DNA of 63,320 bases, filler included, from Octopus bimaculoides (GCF_001194135.2; 5 parts of 3 records of this genome joined end to end with filler, not necessarily neighbours in it); one strand, 5' to 3'. Counted from the whole stretch's first letter, positions 24,450 through 35,445 are shown. Notes: generated by a model from the sequence alone, not told the origin. Numbers and translations: made by a program.

Positions 24450-24651
24450 CCATGGTACCAAATACCCTGTTCTGGACTACAGAAGTAGCACATTAAATAA
24501 TTCATACGGTTCATACAAGCTTTAGATGCCCCATATAAAGGGTACATGTTACTGAACACAGATGTCACTTCGGTCCGCTTGCAACATGCATTTGGGGCAT
24601 ACCAAGAGCAGTTAACCAGACCATGCTGTGGTTCAGGAAATCTGCGTGGAT
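24450..24651 (-). CDS. Folate receptor / riboflavin-binding protein-like Cys-rich domain, internal exon
   Basis: Acceptor ttctttactttcag, donor GG|gtaagt, 202 nt, phase 1 to 2. DPRRFPEPQHGLVNCSWYAPNACCKRTEVTSVFSNMYPLYGASKACMNRMNYLMCYFCSPEQGIWYHG carries the family C-x-WY...CC...C...CxxCSP pattern. Confidence 0.85.
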
Positions 24652-24689
24652 CTGAAAGTAAAGAACAAAGAAATAATATTAATAGTAAT

Positions 24690-25060
24690 AATGGCTTCAA
24701 ATTTGGGTACAAAGCCAGCAATTTCAGGGAGAGGATAAGTCAATTACATTGACCTCAAGAGAATGAAAGGTAAAGTCGTTTTCTGTGGTATTTGAATACA
24801 GAATTTAAAGATGGATAAAATGTTGCAAAGCATTTTGCCTGGTGAGCTAATGATTTTGGTAGCTCACCGCCTTAAAAATAATAATAATAATCCTTTCTAC
24901 TATAGGTGCATGGCTTGAAATATTGGGGGAGGGAACAAGTTGGCTATATTGACCTCAGAACTTCACTATTACTTGATTTATCAAACCTGAAAGGATGAAA
25001 GAAGTTGACCTTAGCAGAATTTGAACTCAGATGAAATGCCACTAAGCATTTTGCTCAGTC
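24690..25060 (-). mobile_element. Two SINE family B copies (minus strand); another at 25577-25790
   Basis: Reverse complements of the family B head and aataatcctttctactatagg tail. Confidence 0.7.
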
Positions 25061-25074
25061 AACACCGACAGAAT

Positions 25075-25545
25075 AATCCAGGCTGATCAACCAGACATAT
25101 TCATTAAAGACATGGAAGAAAATACTTGTAGACTAATGGATGTAAGTGTTCCCACTGATAAAAATATATTTGTAAAGGAATTTGACGAATTAAGTAAATA
25201 TAAGGACCTGAAAATTGAAATACAAAAGATGTGGCATCTTAAAATGAGAACTGTTCCTGTTATTGTGGGTGCCCTAGGTACGATAAGAATGGGATGTCAG
25301 AAACATCTAGATAATATCTCAGGAAAACCACGTCTCAGAGAAATCCAAAAGATTGTGCTGACAAGTATTGCTCACATCCTAAGAAAAACTCTATCAATTT
25401 AAATGTATGTGCTGTGTTACATGAAGACTTTTTGCTACTGCCCCTGCCACCTCCCCTCCTCAAGCTTTCAGTTATACTATAACATCTCTTATCCTTCACT
25501 TGCCCTAGGATGCTGGGTGTGTCTTGGCAAGTGATTGTAACAAAC
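25075..25545 (+). mobile_element. R4/Dong-like LINE 3' end (restriction-like endonuclease domain)
   Basis: QPDIFIKD...LMDVSVPTD..KEFDELSKYKDLKIEIQKMW..VPVIVGALG..HILRK, followed by a short UTR and an (AAT)n run. Confidence 0.8.
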
Positions 25546-26112
25546 ATGCAGGTTAAAAGTAAATAATAATAATAATCCTTTCTACTATAGGCACAAGGCC
25601 TGAAATTTTGGAGGAGGGGACTAGTCGATTACTTCGACCTCAGTACTTGACTGATACTTAATTAATCAACTTCAAAAGGATGAAATGCAAAGTTGACTTT
25701 GGCGGAATTTGAACTCAGAACATAGCAATGGGTGAAATACCACTAAGCATTTCATCCATCATGCTAATGATTCTGCCAGCTCATCACCTTAGTAATAATA
25801 ATAAAAATAATAATAACAAGAGCACCAAGAGAGCACAAACCCCAGCCAAGGCAACACCAACATCCGCTCAAAGATTAGCCAGAGATGATTTTTTTAAAAT
25901 GAGAATATCTGAAATAAACTCGACTGGTCTCACAAATGAGAATACTAAAAATGAACCTGACCGCTCTCAAAAATTAAGTAAAAAAAATGGAGAAATAATC
26001 CAGAATCCTAGTCTGGTACCTGTTTGATCCCAATAGTAGTCATAGAATATGAAGGTGGGTATGCAGGCCATGTTTATAATGCTCTGTGTGTGTGTGTGTG
26101 TGTGTGTGTGTT

Positions 26113-26495
26113 ATGGAAGCGCAATAGCCTAGTGGTTAGGGCAGCGGATCCGTGGTCATAGGATTGCAGTTTCGATTCCCAGACCGGGCGTTGTGAGTGT
26201 TTATTGAGCGAAATCACCTAAAGCTCTACGAGGCTCCGGCAGGGGATGGTGGCGAACCCTGCTGCACTCTTCCACCACAACTTTCTCTCACTCTCTCTTC
26301 CTGTTTCTGTTGTACCTGTATTTCAAAGGGCCAGCCTTGTCACACTCTGTGTCATGCTGAATATCCCTGAGAACTATGTTAAGGGCACACGTGTCTGTGG
26401 AGTGCTCAGCCACTTGCACGTTCATTTCATGAGCAGGCTGTTCTGTTGATCGGATCAACTGGAACCCTCGACGTCGTAAGCGACGGAGTGCCAAA
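26113..26495 (+). mobile_element. tRNA-derived SINE, family D (full length)
   Basis: A box tagcctagtgg, B-box-like gtttcgattccc; body shared with 42618-42975 and 21358-21574. Confidence 0.85.
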
Positions 26496-26519
26496 AAGCA
26501 ATGTGTATGTGTGTGTGTT

Positions 26520-26680
26520 GTCTGCAGTTTTCTCTATGAAGGCCTTTTTCAGTCTATCCACCGATATAGGGTCTTTACAACCATTAAGGTCTATAGTGAA
26601 AAATTTATCCATGCATGAAAGAAAACAGAAAGAACCTGCATAGGGTGCTGTTAATGGAGATTTAACAACAAAGTTGCGCA
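26520..26680 (-). mobile_element. Ty3/Gypsy integrase C-terminal fragment
   Basis: PYAGSF..L...KFFTIDLNG.KD.ISVDRLKKAF resembles the PYxGPF...SIDRLKPA motif. Confidence 0.65.
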
Positions 26681-27324
26681 CAAAAATGTGAGTCCAAGAA
26701 GTAAAACTTCCTTCAAGGCAGAGCTACAAATGCAATTGTCAAGTAGGTAAGAAGTTTTAAACAGAAGCGATATATTCAAAATTGGTAAAACTAAAAATTG
26801 TTGAGGATAAATTAAACTTATTATTGTTACTTAATATGTTAGAGTTATTTAATTTCTGAATGGTTTTGCTGCCGTCTGTTTATGTAGTTTGATTTCTTTA
26901 TCCATCAGTTTCTACTAAGAAAGAGATGCAAGTAAAATTAATACCAGAGAAATGAAAATAAAACTTTGAAAACAGCAACACCACCATAACTTGCATAGAA
27001 ACCATGAGTGTGCTTTCAAGGGAGATAATCAGATAAAGACTTGAAAGTCAACAGAAGATCGTAATACTTCATGTAAAGTAAAGTAAATATAACAAATAAT
27101 CCAAAATCCTTGTCAGGTACTGGATTGATCCCAAAATCTAGTCAGTTCATGCCAGTCATAAGGTCGACCATCCCTGAAAAAGTTTCATCTGAATCCATCC
27201 AGATATCTTTTTGATGTACAAACAAACAAACATGACTGAAAACAATAACTCCGCCTTCTCTAAGGTGGAGGTAATAAGGGCCTGCAACACTGATATCGAT
27301 ACAGATATGATCCATCAGTGGGTG

Positions 27325-27630
27325 GCTGCTGCCTCTGAAATAACTTAGGATCAGTGTCTTCCCACCAGAAATTACCAAGCAAGCGTTCCTAAAAATGGTA
27401 CTGATCCTGCTTGCCACTTTTGTTGTGTAACCAGGGAAACAACTGATCACTTCATCTCTGGATACTCTATGCTAGCCTCAAATGAATATATTAATCAACA
27501 TGATAGACTTGACCAGTATTTGAGCTGGATCATATGCCATAAGCCGGGTCTCCCATATGAGAGAAACTGTGGGAATATAAACCTGCCAAAGTAGCAGAAA
27601 AAATATCACTGTACTTTGGGATTTTAATTT
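27325..27630 (+). mobile_element. R4/Dong-like LINE fragment (CCHC knuckle region)
   Basis: DQCLPTRNYQ..KNGTDPACHFC..ETTDHFISG..LASNEY..HD..W.IC..VLWDF. Confidence 0.75.
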
Positions 27631-29904
27631 TGCACTCATATTGTGTCCTTCCCCCTCTCCTTGAAGACATGTAGCCAAATTCTGAGGGTGTTCAGGTCAT
27701 AATTTTATGATCATGTTTTTCTTGCAACTGTTAATTTGTAGCTGTTCAAAATGGATGTTAACCCTGTTGATTCCACTAGTCTAAGAGTACTTGTGAAGGC
27801 AATATACACAGATTTTCCGTCCAGACAAGGATGAAAAAATTAAAAATAAAACCAACAAAATACAGCTTGCATGACCCGGTTGCTATTAGTCTTTACTTCA
27901 ATATGTCTATAGCATACTTGAGCATTTTCACAGACTAAAAGTCTCACTTAGGTCAACTAATACTGTACTTGATACCTATATCATGGTGCATCTATCTGAT
28001 GTATATCCTAAATTGTTTTATATTTATTGTTCTATGTTTGCATGCATGTTGGTTAGCTTATCTGTTAGAGCAATTTACTGCTTAAAAAAAAACAAACAAA
28101 AAAATAACTGGTATGGTTCTGTCAATTAACAAGTCAACTGAGAATAATGAAACAAACACTTGTTTGATGTTTTAGTCAGGCAGTCTAGTGCATGATAAAT
28201 AAACTATCATTTTCTTGTGAACACAATGATATTGCATGTTCTCAAATTACAACCATGTGGATAATCTCATATCCAGTCATCTTCATTACTAAACAAGTTC
28301 AAGAAGTTCAATTTTCCTAAAATTAAGTAAAATAATGATGAAAACACACATGATGAACAAAATGGATAATGATGGACTCTCCTGTTGAAGGCAATGTATG
28401 AGTGTTCAGCTTTTGCCGAATGACCTGTACAAATGATTTGTTTATAATGATGAAATATATGTTCAGTACATTAGCTCACTTACTCCATCAAATCGATGTT
28501 GCCCAAACAGGTGTATGGCATACAACATGTCAGATGTCAAAGTGATTGCAAAGAAAAGTGAGATGAAGTGTTTTGCTCAAGAACACAACATACTACCCAG
28601 TCAAGGAGTGCAACATCCTAAGCACTAGGTGCAATCCCATGGTCATTTGTGACCAAAGGGGTTTTTTACCCACCCTTCTTTCTATATCTTATTAAAAAAA
28701 AAAAGACAAAAACTTTATACTATGATCTATATGCATTTTATGATGCATCCAACTCTAGAGATGCTGTCTTTGGTGGTACTGAAAATTCTTCTCAATGTTT
28801 CTTATGGTCATTCCTTTTTAGTTACTAATTTATTTTGGTGGTGATTGTGGTTTTACAGCTGGATGACTTCCCTGACACCAACAGCACGCATTTTATAGTA
28901 TATTTTATTTCATGTGTGTGTGTGTGAATGCATGTATACATCCATCACCCCCACCACCAATACCGGATATCTCTATCTTTCCACCATCTACACCGGATAT
29001 CTCTATCTTTCCACCATCTACACCGGATATCTCTCCTCCCACCACCATTACCTGTATCTATTCTTCCAACCCCTTCTCCCCACTGGGCTGTTCTCTATAT
29101 ATTACCTGCACTCTCTCTCTCTCTCTCTCCTAGGACAAATGCAACTAGCCCAGTTGCTCATCCACCCACTTACTTAACCGGCTATCTTTCGTTTCATTCT
29201 GTCTAGAAATTTGTCACCACCACCACCACCAGATGTCTCTTCTCCCAATTCCCCCTCCTCATTGGTGCTGTTCCCTATATTACCTGCACTCTCTCCCTCT
29301 CTTTCTCTATCTCTCTACTGGAACAAATGCAACCAGGTTATCTGCCCACCTACTTAACCAGCTATCTTTTGTTTCATTTTCGTTCTCTCTAGAAACATGC
29401 CATCAACTACCCAGGAATTTTCCTTGGCCATATCAAGTGAAGGAGAAAGCTATTCAGCTGTCCACGTGTGCTTGTTCTTGTGTGTGGGTGCACTTGTGTG
29501 TATGTAGGGATGAGCTTGTTTCCTCTCTCTCTGTTTGAACCCTTCCCTGCTGGTGGTACCTTTCATCATACCTGCAATCCCCCTCTTCCTGGACAAATGC
29601 AACCAGTTTTAGCTGACTCCATCCTAATCTAACATTGGAATATCCATATTTTGCTACACTGCTTAAATCTACATCATTCGATAACCATAATGCTTATGCT
29701 TATAAGGTTGCTAACACTGGCTCCTACCTCCAGTAGGGGCAACAATCTTAACACGCTTGAATGCTTCAATGTTGTCAGATTGGAAGAGAGAATAGATGAA
29801 GCATGCCTAAAAAATGAACAGGACAACCTCCCTCTTCTTTTCAGGTGCTGAATAACATCTCTCCTCCCAAAACCTCACCCCACATTCCCTTCCCAGTTTT
29901 CAGA

Positions 29905-30510
29905 GTTGGCACTGTCAAGGCTGGCACACTGAAAGGTAGGTCTAGTGAGATTGTAGAGATGCTTCAAAGGAGACGAGTTGATGTATGCTGCATACAAGAG
30001 GTAAGATAGAGAGGAGCTTCAGCTAGGGTCCTCACAGGTAAGGCACATAGGTATAAAGTCTTCTGGCAAGGTAACATGGATAGCGTAGGGGGTGTAGGCA
30101 TGCTCCTTGTGGAGAAAAGGGTGGATAAGGTCATAGAGGTTGTTAGGGTATGTGATAGAGTGCTTAAGCTCAGGCTAGTCCTGCAGAACAGCACAGCTAC
30201 AATCATCTCTGCCTACGCCTCACATGCGGGGCTACCAAATGATCAGAAGGATCACTTTTATGATACCCTTCTACAGGCTACCTAAAAGATGAGTGGCAAT
30301 GACCTCATCTTTGTGGCTGGAGATTTTAATGGGCATGTTGGGCGGGAATCTGGTATCTTCACTGGTGTACATGGCAGCCATGGTATTGGTTCTTGGAACG
30401 ATGAGGGAACTTGGCTACTGGAGTTCTGTGATGTATGTAACCTTTTAATCTGCAACACTAAGTTCAGGAAGCCAGACAGCCACCTGATAACCTATCAATC
30501 AGGGGACTAT
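29905..30510 (+). mobile_element. RTE APE endonuclease fragment
   Basis: VEMLQRRRVDVCCIQE, GGVGMLL, IISAYASH, AGDFNGHVG, CNTKFRKP, ITYQSG. Confidence 0.88.
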
Positions 30511-30684
30511 GAGTCCACTGCATAAATATATGTGTGTGTGTGTGTGTATTTATATATACATAAATATATATATACATATATATACTCATATATACATATC
30601 TTTGTGTGTATGCGCATATACACACACAGTTATGAACTAAATGGTATGTTTTTCTTTTTTAACAATATTATACTCTTGGAATAG

Positions 30685-30704
30685 AAACTTTATTTACAAC
30701 TTCG
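30685..30704 (+). CDS. Candidate micro-exon (phase 1 to 0, xTLFTTS) that could link the Ig exon to the TM exons
   Basis: aatag|aaactttatttacaacttcg|gtaaag, followed by a 73-nt pyrimidine-rich intron ending at 30777. Very short, could be chance. Confidence 0.2.
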
Positions 30705-30777
30705 GTAAAGTGTGTCCACCTCCTTTCATCTTTCCTCAAAGTGTTCTGCATTTGTTTTCTTTTATACCACATTTCAG

Positions 30778-30822
30778 ATAGATTGGCAGAGTGAAAGATT
30801 AGTTGTAAATCTTCTGTGCACA
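30778..30822 (+). CDS. Candidate exon IDWQSERLVVNLLCT (juxtamembrane plus first half of a TM helix)
   Basis: Long polypyrimidine acceptor ttgttttcttttataccacatttcag, donor CA|gtaaga, 45 nt, only phase 0 is open. Confidence 0.4.
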
Positions 30823-31360
30823 GTAAGAGTATAAAAGTTGTAATAGTCATTGTTGGAATGTCTTTGATCACAAATCTAAATAAACATAATTGACCCGACA
30901 CTAAAATTACTTTCAATGTAACACTATATTTGATATACAAGCATAATGGTTTACTAGATATGGTTACATTTGACTTAACTATTGGCATAATTGTTTGTCT
31001 ACACTAAAGGTGGCACAATTTAGTGTACACACTTCAGATTGTTTTTGTTACTGGTTATATGAACAGTTGACAGTATGGGAATGTTGTCTGAAATAGACTG
31101 ATCTGTCTATGAGGAATGTGATCTAGATAGAACAGGATTTAAAAGAAAGTGATCTAGATAGAAGATGGTGTTAAGAAGTGTCTGGGCAACAGATATTTCA
31201 CTGCATTAATAACAATGCACAAACTGCTGAATTATTGCCAGAGTACCCACTGTCCTATTAACTCACCCATCCATCTCCCTCGTATTTGTTTGTTAATTTG
31301 TTTCATGATCATGTAAGCATGGGTTGGGTAAATGCATATCATCAAAGCAATGATTTGCAG

Positions 31361-31401
31361 TTGAGTGTTCTTCTTGTCACTAGCATTTACCTGTTTTGCA
31401 A
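31361..31401 (+). CDS. Candidate exon LSVLLVTSIYLFCK (second half of a TM helix)
   Basis: tttgcag acceptor, AA|gtaagc donor, phase 0 to 2. Joined to 30778-30822 it gives a 21-residue hydrophobic stretch flanked by R and KK. Confidence 0.42.
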
Positions 31402-31601
31402 GTAAGCGATTTTATATTCCACTTGTCTCTGGAAACATCCACACACATACATATATATATGCATACATGTGTGTGTGTGTGTGTGTGCGTGTCTGTGTGT
31501 GTGCGTGCATGTGTGTTTTGGTTTATGTATTCATATATACTCATAATAAGCATAGAAAATGAAATTGGTAAATTTAAGCTTTATATAACATATATGCATA
31601 A

Positions 31602-32515
31602 GGACAGGAGTGGCTGTGTGGTAAGAAGCTTGCTTCCAAACCACATGGTTCCAGGTTCAGTCCCACTGCATGGCATTTTGGGCAAGTGTCTTCTGCAATA
31701 GCTTCGGACCAATCAAAGCTATCTGAGGGGATTTGGTAGATGGAAACTGATTGAAGTCCATCATATATATATGTATCAATATATATACACACACACACAC
31801 ATATATATATATATATNNNNNNNNNNNNNNNNNNNNNNNNNNNNNNNNNNNNNNNNNNNNNNNNNNNNNNNNNNNNNNNNNNNNNNNNNNNNNNNNNNNN
31901 NNNNNNNNNNNNNNNNNNNNNNNNNNNNNNNNNNNNNNNNNNNNNNNNNNNNNNNNNNNNNNNNNNNNNNNNNNNNNNNNNNNNNNNNNNNNNNNNNNNN
32001 NNNNNNNNNNNNNNNNNNNNNNNNNNNNNNNNNNNNNNNNNNNNNNNNNNNNNNNNNNNNNNNNNNNNNNNNNNNNNNNNNNNNNNNNNNNNNNNNNNNN
32101 NNNNNNNNNNNNNNNNNNNNNNNNNNNNNNNNNNNNNNNNNNNNNNNNNNNNNNNNNNNNNNNNNNNNNNNNNNNNNNNNNNNNNNNNNNNNNNNNNNNN
32201 NNNNNNNNNNNNNNNNNNNNNNNNNNNNNNNNNNNNNNNNNNNNNNNNNNNNNNNNNATATATATATATATATATATACATGTATATATGTATGTATTTG
32301 TGTGTCTGTGTTTGTCCCCACCACCATCATCATAACTGAGGTTGGTGTGTTTATACCCCCATAACTTAGCGGTTTGGCAAAAGACACAGATAGAATGAGT
32401 ACTATGCTTGCAAAGAATAAGTCCTGGCATTGATTTGTTAGACTAAAGGCAATGCTCCAGCATGGCTGCAGTCAAATGAATGAAACAAGTAAAAGAATAA
32501 AACAAAAAATAAAAG
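31602..32515 (+). mobile_element. SINE family A with an assembly gap in its internal microsatellite
   Basis: Head at 31602-31765, tail at 32295-32515. Confidence 0.8.
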
Positions 32516-32571
32516 AATGCATTTCTCTAAATCAATTGTCATAATTACATAATTGGCTCTAGGATTTTCAG

Positions 32572-32610
32572 AAAATCAACCAACTACCTCACACATTACA
32601 AATACAATCT
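32572..32610 (+). CDS. Candidate cytoplasmic-tail exon (KSTNYLTHYKYN in phase 2)
   Basis: ttttcag acceptor, CT|gtaagt donor, 39 nt. All three frames are open, so the phase is assumed from the previous exon. Confidence 0.3.
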
Positions 32611-32979
32611 GTAAGTGGAACAGTAAAAATATGCAAGAATTTTGTCAAGTTTAAAATGTGACATTATTTTTGCTATTTATATCCCAAAGATAAAGCTTGT
32701 ATCTTTGTTAAAAACCAGCTCTTTCCTCAGAGAAAAAATTTAGATAATCAAAAACAAGAGAACATACATACATATAAAGAGATATGATATAAAGTCTCCC
32801 ACCTAGGCACAAACTTGGGGAACAACAATAAAATGAACTAAGATCATATAGACGTATTCATAGATTGCAAGCTTTTCAATGATTCCTTCTTCATCAGAAC
32901 ACAAGAAACATTCCAGAATTGTTAAGTAAAGTTGACGATTTTTATTTCTTTTTGTTGTTTCACTATTTTTCAAATTAAG

Positions 32980-33049
32980 GTTATGTAAGAAAACAAAGAC
33001 TATATATTTATCGGGGTTAATACTGATAATATCAGGAGTATGTATGTAA
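32980..33049 (+). CDS. Possible terminal exon (LCKKTKTIYLSGLILIISGVCM*)
   Basis: Long T-rich tract ending ttaag at 32979, phase 2 compatible, TAA at 33047-33049. Alternative acceptors exist nearby. Confidence 0.2.
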
Positions 33050-33616
33050 TAGCATTGCCTCTAAGGAAGTGAAATTTTATCTAAAGCTTTTTGAGGAACC
33101 TCTCAGGGTTATTGGATACAGCTGGAGCAATTGACATTTACTTAAGAAAGTCTGAGCCTTACAGGATTACAAGGAAAGGGTCTATTTTTTAATGTTATTG
33201 TTTAGTATCAGAGTTACGCTATTCCAGCAGATCTGTGATCAAATTCCAATCAGATGGTCATATCATGGTACAAGCTAAGAGAACTTATTCTCTCTATCAA
33301 CTCTTGTGCACCAGAGTTCAATCTTGACCATAAGACTCCTCTTCACTTTATAAATGTCCTAAAAATCTTGCATTGCCTTGGCCTTGTTATCTTATTTTAT
33401 TTAACACACACACACATATCTTCTTTTATTCTTTTACTGGTTTCAGTCATTTGACTGTGGCCATGCTGGAGCACTGCCTTAAAGGGTTTTAGTCAAAGAA
33501 ATCAACCCCAGGACTTATTCTTTGTAAGCCTAGTGCTTGTTTTCTTTTTTCTTTTGCCGAACCGCTAAGTTAGGCGGTGGGGACAAACAGAGACAGGCAG
33601 AACACACACATACATA

Positions 33617-33948
33617 CATGAAGACAGGGAAAGCCCCCGGCCCATCAGGAATCACTGCAGAGATGCTCAAAATATCTGGCAGTGTTGGCTACAGCCTAGT
33701 CACCCGTATTACGAACCAGGTGATACACGAAGGAGTCATACCCAATGACTGGTGTAGCAGCACCATAGTAAACTGCTACAAAGGTAAAGGTGACGCTTTA
33801 GATACTAATAATTACAGAGGCATCAAGCTGTTAGATCAGGTTATGAAAGTTATGGAGAGGGTCATAGCCCAACGAATTAGGGAGCGAATCAATTTAGATG
33901 AGATGCAGTTTGGGTTTGTGCCAGGTAAAAGCACCACTGATGCCATAT
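33617..33948 (+). mobile_element. RTE RT fragment, truncated by an assembly gap
   Basis: MKTGKAPGPSGITAEMLK...YKGKGDALD.NNYRGIKLL...QFGFVPGKSTTDAI is open and little decayed. Confidence 0.9.
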
Positions 33949-34615
33949 NNNNNNNNNNNNNNNNNNNNNNNNNNNNNNNNNNNNNNNNNNNNTTAATTAA
34001 TTAANNNNNNNNNNNNNNNNNNNNNNNNNNNNNNNNNNNNNNNNNNNNGTGCATGCATGATCTAGCGCCATCATGGCAATCGACACATTTTGAAAGTATC
34101 TCCAAATCTACATCGGTGAGCCAGCCCATCATCTTCCCTCAAGAATTACCATGTGCGTCGCAGGCGGTACCGCAGAAAATCTGTAGTTTACTATCCGGGA
34201 GTGAATAATTATTACAATTAAAAAGGGTAAAGGATTATCAATTTATTAATTTATTAATAAATTAATAATTAATAATTTTTACCAAGCCCTTCGGTATGTA
34301 AGCACCATTATCGGTGTGGAACTTATTTAAAAATTCCTATACATTTATAAACAAAATTAAGGGATCAGCTACAGGTTGCTTCACCACATACCGAAGTTCA
34401 GAAATAGCAGCTAAAAATGCTGAAGCTCCAACAGATAGCAGTAAACCACATAGATAGTAAACCACAGATTTATGCATGCATGTATGTATGTATGTATGTA
34501 TGTCTATATATTTATATATATATAGTTCGAATTTACAGGAAACAAAAGACGACTACAGTACAGATGAGTGAACAACAAGCAGGAGTATTAGATTAATGTT
34601 CGGGAAGAATGGAAA

Positions 34616-34655
34616 AGTCTTTAACCTTTCGAGCCTATGCTCTTCAACAGAAAGG
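34616..34655 (-). ncRNA. Degenerate minimal hammerhead motif in a Penelope-like repeat
   Basis: CTTT CTGTTGA A GAGC ATAG GCTC GAAA GGTT AAAG: stems I and II are formed, but the core has an A6-to-U change and stem III is mismatched. Confidence 0.4.
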
Positions 34656-35445
34656 ATTGAGAGGAAAAGAAACATGGAGAACGAACGAAAAACAAAACTG
34701 AGAGAGAAAAGAAAATGTGTAGAGATTATATATATACATACATATATATGAGATTCACAAATTGTACAGAAGGATGACAAAGGAACAAATGGAAAATTTA
34801 CACTCGAGACCTAGAAATGATCCTTCCTCATCAGTCAACGTCTCAACATCATAACAATTTCATGCCTTTAACAATGTGTGTGTGTGTCTGTGTGCGCACA
34901 TAAGTGTGTCAGTGTGTGTGCGTGTGTGTGTGTGTGTGTGTGTAGGGGTAGCATGTACGTATGTATATGTATATATTATAATTATTATCATAATTATGGA
35001 CAAAGAAAGAGTTCACTTTATAAATGTATAAAGTGAACTCTTTCTCTTTCCATTTAATTCAACAAGGACTGACGAGGTGAAGAGTATCCAAAACAGTCTA
35101 CAATTACATCAAGTTAAGTTATGGTAGATATTTAATTCTTTTACTTTTCTACTTGTTTCAGTTATTTCACTGTGGCCATACTGGAGTACGGCCTTAATTT
35201 TTTTACGTCGTATGTATGAGGTCCATTCCTCCCCGCTTTTGTATAATTCATGTACGCATAAAGTTATTGCACCGACTACCTGCTGTGTCGTTGAACACTC
35301 ACCTAGATTAAATATCTCACTCATATTAACTTTGCTCTGCCTAGGTTCATGTACTTTTATCTTACTTTCCCTCCCCACACACACTCTCTCTCTCTCCCTC
35401 TCTCTCTCTCCCTCTCTCTTACACAAGTATACACACATTCATATA

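Larger units (their letters stand above)
25815..27278 (+). mobile_element. Interrupted Helentron/HINE-like non-autonomous element (25815-26036 and 27094-27278)
   Basis: Starts taacaagagcac..aaacccc.gccaaggc; ends in the hairpin ctccgccttctctaaggtggag; a ~43-bp segment is duplicated at both break points. Confidence 0.45.

Noticed and set aside
24652-24721. Apparent signal peptide at the start of ORF 24446-24721 (MLALYPNLKPLLLLILFLCSLLS)
   Set aside because: It is read-through of the intronic polypyrimidine tract and a SINE end, upstream of a clear acceptor.
26113-26185. tRNA gene-like A/B boxes (also in the other SINE heads)
   Set aside because: These continue into SINE bodies and show no complete cloverleaf; not called as tRNA genes.
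30668-30988. 106-aa minus-strand ORF with a hydrophobic stretch
   Set aside because: No recognisable domain and no phase-1 donor to link it to the folate-receptor-like exon; it overlaps plus-strand exon candidates.
31391-31428. Minus-strand candidate upstream exon for the folate-receptor-like gene (DKWNIKSLTCKT, would supply a Cys three residues before DPRRFP)
   Set aside because: Phase and Cys spacing fit, but it is only 38 nt, sits against a microsatellite and overlaps the better-supported plus-strand TM exon; unresolved without RNA data.
32864-32900. CUGAUGA...GAAA on the minus strand
   Set aside because: Stem II does not pair and there is no NUH triplet; not a credible hammerhead.
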